From: an uncultured Fibrobacterota bacterium
GTDB lineage: Bacteria > Fibrobacterota > Chitinivibrionia > Chitinivibrionales > FEN-1185
Direction: 5' to 3'
Assembly: GCA_963729895.1 (NCBI GenBank)
Contig: CAVSQB010000027.1
Coordinates: forward strand, 32,001 to 96,000
Length of the DNA stretch: 64,000 nt
Part shown: piece by piece, positions 58,926-64,000 of the stretch
Numbering within the stretch: position 1 is the stretch's first letter
Layout of the letters: each line of letters starts with the position of its first letter
Notes under the pieces: generated by a model
What the model was told of the DNA's origin: nothing
The model's input: the letters and a program-made list of their open reading frames with translations, nothing else
Database searches by the model: none
Program-made: the position numbers and the translations under genes

Positions 58926-59405
58926 CTAGAAATCCACCAATTCGACCTCAAAAATCAACGTTGCGTTCGGAGGAATAGGCCCCATGCCGGCCGGGCCGTA
59001 GCCGAGGCTCGGCGGAATGATGAGGGTGCGCTTCTCCCCCTTTGACATCATGAGAAGGGCTTCGTCCCAGCCCTTTATCACCTGGCCCGCGCCCACGGTG
59101 AACTGGAACGGCTCGCCGCGCGGAATGGAACTGTCGAAGACTTTCCCGTCTGTAAATTTTCCGGTATAGTTGACCTTGATTGACGTACCGGCCTTGGGCT
59201 TGACCCCGTTACCCTTTTTGAGGACGATATACTTGAGCCCTGATTTCGTGGTGACGGTGTCGGAAGCCCTGGCGGCTTTCCTGGCTGCCATGGAGGCCTT
59301 GTGGGGTTTTGGGGCGGGGGCTGCCGCCGAATCCGGAGATTCGCCGGCGGACATCGCGGTTCCGGCCATTGCACAAATGCCGATGATGCAAAGAAGATGC
59401 TTCAT
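58926..59405 (-). CDS. FKBP-type peptidyl-prolyl isomerase
   Basis: [41 protein letters not shown]. Confidence 0.95.
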   Translation of the reverse strand: MKHLLCIIGICAMAGTAMSAGESPDSAAAPAPKPHKASMAARKAARASDTVTTKSGLKYIVLKKGNGVKPKAGTSIKVNYTGKFTDGKVFDSSIPRGEPFQFTVGAGQVIKGWDEALLMMSKGEKRTLIIPPSLGYGPAGMGPIPPNATLIFEVELVDF

Positions 59406-59615
59406 GGAAAACAGTTGCTCCTTCCTGTCAAGAATGAATAGCGGGGTTTCCGTTCAAAACACGTTGACGGTTGATATATCCGGCATTTTTCGCTCGCCTC
59501 GATACACCGCTCGTCGAGCGGTCCCTTCTGACTACCGAGACGGGCGGCACCCGGCGAGCGATGAAAAGTCGATTCTGAACGGATACCCTCCGGAGAACAA
59601 TACGATGAATCAATG

Positions 59616-60257
59616 TTATTTCGCCTTTTCGGGAACGGAGTCCTTGACCGCGGGAGCGGCCGCCGGCTTGGGCGCGGCGGTTGCCACAAGAGTCACCTTT
59701 GTCATCACGATGGGCGTTTGCGGCACGTCCTGAAACATCCCCGAATTTCCCGTGGGCTCGTTTTCCATGGCCTTGACAATGGGCAGGCCGGACACCACCC
59801 TGCCGAACACGCAGTATCCCCACCCCTGGGCATCCTTGCTGCGGAAATTGAGAAATGCATTGTCTTTGGTATTGATAAAAAACTGGGCCGTGGCGGAATT
59901 CGGATCGCCCGTGCGGGCCATGGCGAGCGTACCCAGGTCGTTCTTGAGCCCGTTGTCCGCCTCGTTGGGTACAGGCGGCCTGGTGGGCTTTTCGGTCATA
60001 TCTTTTGTGAAGCCGCCGCCCTGGATCATGAAATTCTTGATAACGCGATGGAAAATGGTCCCGTCGTAGAATCCATCCTTGACATACTGGAGAACGTTCG
60101 CAACGGTCTTGGGGGCGGCCTTGGGGAAAAGCTCCACAACGATGGTCCCCTTGGTCGTCTCGATCTTAACACGGGGGTTTGCGGTACCGTCGGCGGCGTA
60201 GGACACAAACGATGCGGCGAGCAATGCAGCGGTTGCAATGGCAATCAGCTTGTTCAT
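59616..60257 (-). CDS. Cyclophilin-type peptidyl-prolyl isomerase (exported)
   Basis: APKTV, FHRVIKNFMIQGGG, AMART, SATAQFFIN, YCVFG. Confidence 0.95.
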   Translation of the reverse strand: MNKLIAIATAALLAASFVSYAADGTANPRVKIETTKGTIVVELFPKAAPKTVANVLQYVKDGFYDGTIFHRVIKNFMIQGGGFTKDMTEKPTRPPVPNEADNGLKNDLGTLAMARTGDPNSATAQFFINTKDNAFLNFRSKDAQGWGYCVFGRVVSGLPIVKAMENEPTGNSGMFQDVPQTPIVMTKVTLVATAAPKPAAAPAVKDSVPEKAK

Positions 60258-60279
60258 GAAAGGCTCCTTGCGAATGATT

Positions 60280-60408
60280 GTTAATGGGTTAATGGGTTAA
60301 TGCGTTAATGAGTTTGTGGGTTCAGCGGTCGCAGTCGTGGTTCTTCGAGGTTCTTCAATTCGGCCAATCTGTCAACCCATCAACTCTTCAACGCATTAAC
60401 CCTTCAAC
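60280..60408. repeat. Inverted blocks of 8-bp tandem repeats
   Basis: (GTTAATGG)-like x4 facing (CAACCCAT/CAACTCTT/CAACGCAT/TAACCCTT). Confidence 0.7.
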
Positions 60409-60419
60409 ATACTTATTCT

Positions 60420-60704
60420 TCAATCCCACTTGAACGGCGACTCGTAGTCCCCTTCGATTTCCTCCGGCTTCTCCTTGGCGGTCTTGAATTTCTGTTCGAT
60501 CTCCGCTTTGCGTTTCGCCTTCTCCTCCGCAGCCTTCTTGAACTTGTCTTCCCACTGGGAGCTCTTTTCCTTCTGCTGCTTCACGAAATCGTCAAAGCCG
60601 GTCTTCTGGTGGTCGGCCGACTTGTGGTCCACCACTTTGCCCGTGGATTGATCCACCCAGAGCGTGCCTTTGCACAGCGGACATTTGATTTCGAAAAGAC
60701 TCAT
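60420..60704 (-). CDS. Conserved hypothetical protein (CxxC plus coiled coil)
   Basis: MSLFEIKCPLCKGTLWVD...KFK...PFKWD. Confidence 0.7.
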   Translation of the reverse strand: MSLFEIKCPLCKGTLWVDQSTGKVVDHKSADHQKTGFDDFVKQQKEKSSQWEDKFKKAAEEKAKRKAEIEQKFKTAKEKPEEIEGDYESPFKWD

Positions 60705-60961
60705 GATGTGCCCCCGGTCGCGCGGCAAGAAAACAACGGCGCCCCCCTGAGCGGCCTGCAATGCGCTCGCCATGGGATGTATAAAATAACTCCTGAATAA
60801 TTTCGCTGCGGCAACATTCTTGTGCCGATCAAGATATTGCCTCACGCGCCGGCCGCGAATTTATATTATCCTCGGTCTTCCCTAAGGAAAAAAAGCGGAT
60901 TTTAGGATGGTCTGCTGCACGCCGCGCCATCCGTTCCCTGCGGCCCCGGTCGCTCCACGCT

Positions 60962-61822
60962 ATGCAAAATCAATCCGAACTTCCCTTTGAAGGGTTTAAG
61001 CAATTTGTGCAGGAACCGTTGGAGACCGGCGACCCCGTCTCCTTCGACCGTGTCAAGAGTATTTTCCTTGACACTCCCGGCGCGCCGAACGATCCGTTCC
61101 GCATACTCATCCAACGGCTGGCGGGCAAGACCTACCGGGGCCGGGAAGCCCGCGACCACTGGCAGCGCATCCTTTCCCACAAGGAGAACATGCAGGCAAA
61201 GCTGGGACGGCGCGTCAGCATCAACGTGACGGCAGCCGACTATTTCGAGGTCATCGGGAACTTTGACGGCCGGCCCGGGCAGGGTCCGGGGCCCGCCGGG
61301 CTGGAAACGCTCGACGGCGGGATCAACCGCGAGGAATGGATCAACCGCATTTACGCCCCGGGCCACCACGTGGAAAAACTCAAGGAAGAGATGCTCCGCG
61401 CCAAACGGTACCAGCACGCCCTGTCCGCAATACTGCTTGACGTTGACGAATTTCACAGGATAAACCAGGATTTCTCATGTAAGGTCGGGGATGAAATTCT
61501 CACCGTAATCGTCAAAATCATCAAGAAGATCATCCGGGCGGTCGATATTCTCGCCAGATACTCCGGCGACCGGTTCCTCCTTATTCTTCCCAATACGAAC
61601 AAGCGGGAAGCCTCCGAGCTGGCGGAGAGGCTTCGAAGCAACATTCAAGAGCGCACAAAGCGCATCAAGGGCCTGGCGGTGGGAGTAACTGCCACGCTTG
61701 CGGTGGGCCAGTCGTCCCACGACGACAAATCCGCGGAATTCATGAAATCGCTCGAAAACACCCTTGAAGAAGGCAAGAAGAAAGGGCGCAATGCGGTGTA
61801 CGTGTGCGAGGGCTGTTCGTAG
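60962..61822 (+). CDS. GGDEF-domain protein with degenerate active site
   Basis: LLDVDEFHRINQ...VGDEIL...ARYSGDRF. Confidence 0.85.
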   Translation: MQNQSELPFEGFKQFVQEPLETGDPVSFDRVKSIFLDTPGAPNDPFRILIQRLAGKTYRGREARDHWQRILSHKENMQAKLGRRVSINVTAADYFEVIGNFDGRPGQGPGPAGLETLDGGINREEWINRIYAPGHHVEKLKEEMLRAKRYQHALSAILLDVDEFHRINQDFSCKVGDEILTVIVKIIKKIIRAVDILARYSGDRFLLILPNTNKREASELAERLRSNIQERTKRIKGLAVGVTATLAVGQSSHDDKSAEFMKSLENTLEEGKKKGRNAVYVCEGCS

Positions 61823-61908
61823 CGGATTTCTTTTTCATTTTCCGCCTCCATGATTTTGATTATATTACTGTGTTGAATTTTCTCCCCTCAAATCAGGGCG
61901 GTGCTGTT

Positions 61909-62253
61909 ATGGATATTGGCGGCCGGGAAAGCAACAAGTTCCATATCATCGATGTGGTGGGAAAAATCGACAGGCTCAAGGATTCGATTATTCTCAAGTC
62001 CTACATCAACACGCTTCTCGAGAAGAATCTCCTGAAGATCGCGCTGAATCTTTCCCAGGTGACCTATCTCGACAGCGGCGCGCTCAACGTGCTCATCTAC
62101 AGCCACAACACCCTCAAAAAACGCGACGGACTGCTTGTCATTATAGAACCGAATGAATACGTCAAGGACGTGCTCGACGTTGTCGGACTTAACAAACTGG
62201 TCAAAATCTACGCGACCGAGGAGGAATTCGAGAATGAAACGAAACATTCTTAA
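61909..62253 (+). CDS. STAS-domain anti-sigma-factor antagonist
   Basis: LNLSQVTYLDSGALNVL, VKDVLDVVGL. Confidence 0.85.
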   Translation: MDIGGRESNKFHIIDVVGKIDRLKDSIILKSYINTLLEKNLLKIALNLSQVTYLDSGALNVLIYSHNTLKKRDGLLVIIEPNEYVKDVLDVVGLNKLVKIYATEEEFENETKHS

Positions 62254-62581
62254 TGCCCTGGTCTTATTCGCGGTTGTGTGTGCGGCGGGCGGCTGCTTCA
62301 TGAAGCCCTTTATCAAACCAAACCAGGAAAAAATCGATCAGTACGTGCAAAACCACCCTGACCTTCCCGATCTCGACAAGCAATGCATCTACGACGGCAG
62401 GTTCGAGATCGGCATGAAAGTGGAAACCCTGGAATTCCTGCTTGAAAAGCCGGACAAACTTGAAATTGTCAAGCAACCCTGGGCAACGCAGGAAAACTGG
62501 ATCTACTACAAGAACGGCAAGAAGACGTTCATCATCGAAGAGAAACACGTGGTAGGCATTCTGGAAACGGCGAAAAAATAA
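62234..62581 (+). CDS. Small lipoprotein
   Basis: AGGC lipobox; IGMKVE...ENWIY (SmpA/BamE-like pattern). Confidence 0.65.
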   Translation: MKRNILNALVLFAVVCAAGGCFMKPFIKPNQEKIDQYVQNHPDLPDLDKQCIYDGRFEIGMKVETLEFLLEKPDKLEIVKQPWATQENWIYYKNGKKTFIIEEKHVVGILETAKK

Positions 62582-62647
62582 CCGCGGTTCCATCCTCTTG
62601 AAAAACCAAGGCGAGAAAATCCTCTCGCCTTTTTCATTTGAAAGGGA

Positions 62648-63283
62648 GTGTTCGTGCACCTGTTCGACATCGTGTGCGGTTGTGCGGCGATTCTCTTTGT
62701 TGTTCTCGGGATCAAGCGCGGGTTTGTGGAAGAGGTCGTCCGCGTCGTTGCCGTGGTGGGCGCCTTCTTTGCCGGCCTTTCGCTGTACCGCCGGGGCGCC
62801 GGGTACCTTGGGTTTTTGCACCTGAACGGAGCGGCGGTCTCGGTTATCGCGTTCCTGGTGATATTTCTCGCCTCCGTGTTGGCGATTGCTCTGGCGGGCA
62901 TTGTCATCAAGAAAATTGTGCACCTGACGGTGCTCGGCTGGATCGACCGCGTGTGCGGCGGCGCACTTGGGTTTGTGAAGGTCTTCTTCATCGTGTGGAT
63001 CGTGGTCATGACCGTTGCCTCGCTCCCGTTCGACGGGATCAAGGCCTGGTTCAGGCCGTCCAGGTTCTATTCTTTCTTCATGGTAATTTCGCCCGTGCTG
63101 CGCGCCCGGGGTCTCGTGCCGGCAACCGGGCCCGTCCAAGACATTCTGAAGGCAAACCCGATTCCTGCAATTACCAAGGCCCTCAAGAATGCCGCGTCGG
63201 CGGGTGATTCGGCGATTAGAAAACAGCAGGGCGCGCCTGTAAAGAAATCATCCAAACCGGCCACGTCCTCTTCCGCCAAGTGA
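62648..63283 (+). CDS. cvpA: CvpA (colicin V production) family protein
   Basis: GIKRGFVEEV, LGWIDRVCGGALGFVK. Confidence 0.85.
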   Translation: MFVHLFDIVCGCAAILFVVLGIKRGFVEEVVRVVAVVGAFFAGLSLYRRGAGYLGFLHLNGAAVSVIAFLVIFLASVLAIALAGIVIKKIVHLTVLGWIDRVCGGALGFVKVFFIVWIVVMTVASLPFDGIKAWFRPSRFYSFFMVISPVLRARGLVPATGPVQDILKANPIPAITKALKNAASAGDSAIRKQQGAPVKKSSKPATSSSAK

Positions 63284-63291
63284 GGTTCGGC

Positions 63292-64000
63292 ATGGAACCG
63301 TTGCGTGCGGTCGTTTCGGTTATGCTTGGGCTTGTGCTGGGGTCTTTCTTCAACGTCATTATCTACCGCGTGCCCCGCCGCCAATCGATAGTCCACCCCG
63401 GTTCGCATTGTCCGAAATGCAACAGGCCTATCAGGGCGTGGGAAAATATACCCGTCCTCAGTTACGTGTTCCTCGGCGGGAAATGCTCCGGTTGCAAGGC
63501 ACGCATCCCGATTTTCTACCCCCTTGTGGAACTGGCTACCGGCTTTGCGGGAATCGCCCTGTACCTGTTTCTCATCGCGCCCGCACTTGCCAGATTCCAT
63601 TCCCCCGTCATGATGGCCACCAGTATCCTGCAGTCGCTGATTCTTCTCATCGTGATTCCCATAACGGTCATCGATATCTTCCATTTTCTTATTCCCGATG
63701 TCCTCACCCTTCCCGCGCTGGCGCTGGCGATCGTCTGTGCATTCCTGCCGGGCGGCATCACCCCGTTGCAATGCGGCCTCGGCATTATTGCCGGCGGCGG
63801 ATTCCTGTATTGCGCCGGGTTCCTCGGCGAACGAGTGCTGAGAAGGGGGAACGCCATGGGGTTCGGCGACGTGAAACTCATGGCGCTCGTGGGTGCGGCG
63901 TTCGGCTGGAAAACCGCGTTCCTGACCATCGTGCTGAGCGCATTCACCGGGTCTATCGTAGGAATCGCGCTTCTTGTCCATGGAAAGCTGTCCAAAGACC
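63292..64000 (+). CDS. pilD: Type 4 prepilin peptidase (A24), partial
   Basis: Manual translation: GSFFNVIIYRVP, SHCPKC, ENIPVLSY, GKCSGC, VIDI, MGFGDVKL. Confidence 0.92.
   Translation, partial: MEPLRAVVSVMLGLVLGSFFNVIIYRVPRRQSIVHPGSHCPKCNRPIRAWENIPVLSYVFLGGKCSGCKARIPIFYPLVELATGFAGIALYLFLIAPALARFHSPVMMATSILQSLILLIVIPITVIDIFHFLIPDVLTLPALALAIVCAFLPGGITPLQCGLGIIAGGGFLYCAGFLGERVLRRGNAMGFGDVKLMALVGAAFGWKTAFLTIVLSAFTGSIVGIALLVHGKLSKD

Overview
Bacterial chromosomal window, most likely from a Fibrobacterota (Chitinivibrionia/Chitinispirillaceae-like) polysaccharide degrader. This is inferred from two TIGR02147 paralogues and many secreted proteins with T9SS-like sorting domains. Contents: (i) two TIGR02147 + lipoprotein gene pairs next to secreted carbohydrate-active genes (GH116-like, CBM6/35-like, GH88/105); (ii) an IS1182 element and two identical IS5 copies, one in a decayed restriction-endonuclease/defence remnant; (iii) a sigma54/NifA-like-controlled amt-glnK-DUF1646 cluster followed by kup; (iv) a repeat-dense stretch (about 46.5-59 kb) of single genes, a 5'-truncated RAYT and a zeta-toxin-like pair; (v) housekeeping genes (pdxA, FKBP, cyclophilin, CvpA, prepilin peptidase). 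The best candidate for an undescribed system is the TIGR02147/lipoprotein module. A quasi-palindromic box (GTAWAC-N5-GWRTAC) occurs four times next to it, three of them with near-identical spacing to an upstream auxiliary site and a -10-like element, suggesting a carbohydrate-sensing regulon. A second notable feature is a family of modular intergenic mosaic elements bounded by CRISPR-like 18-bp repeat/AT-rich spacer mini-arrays. All family assignments come from motif recognition by eye; no database searches were run.
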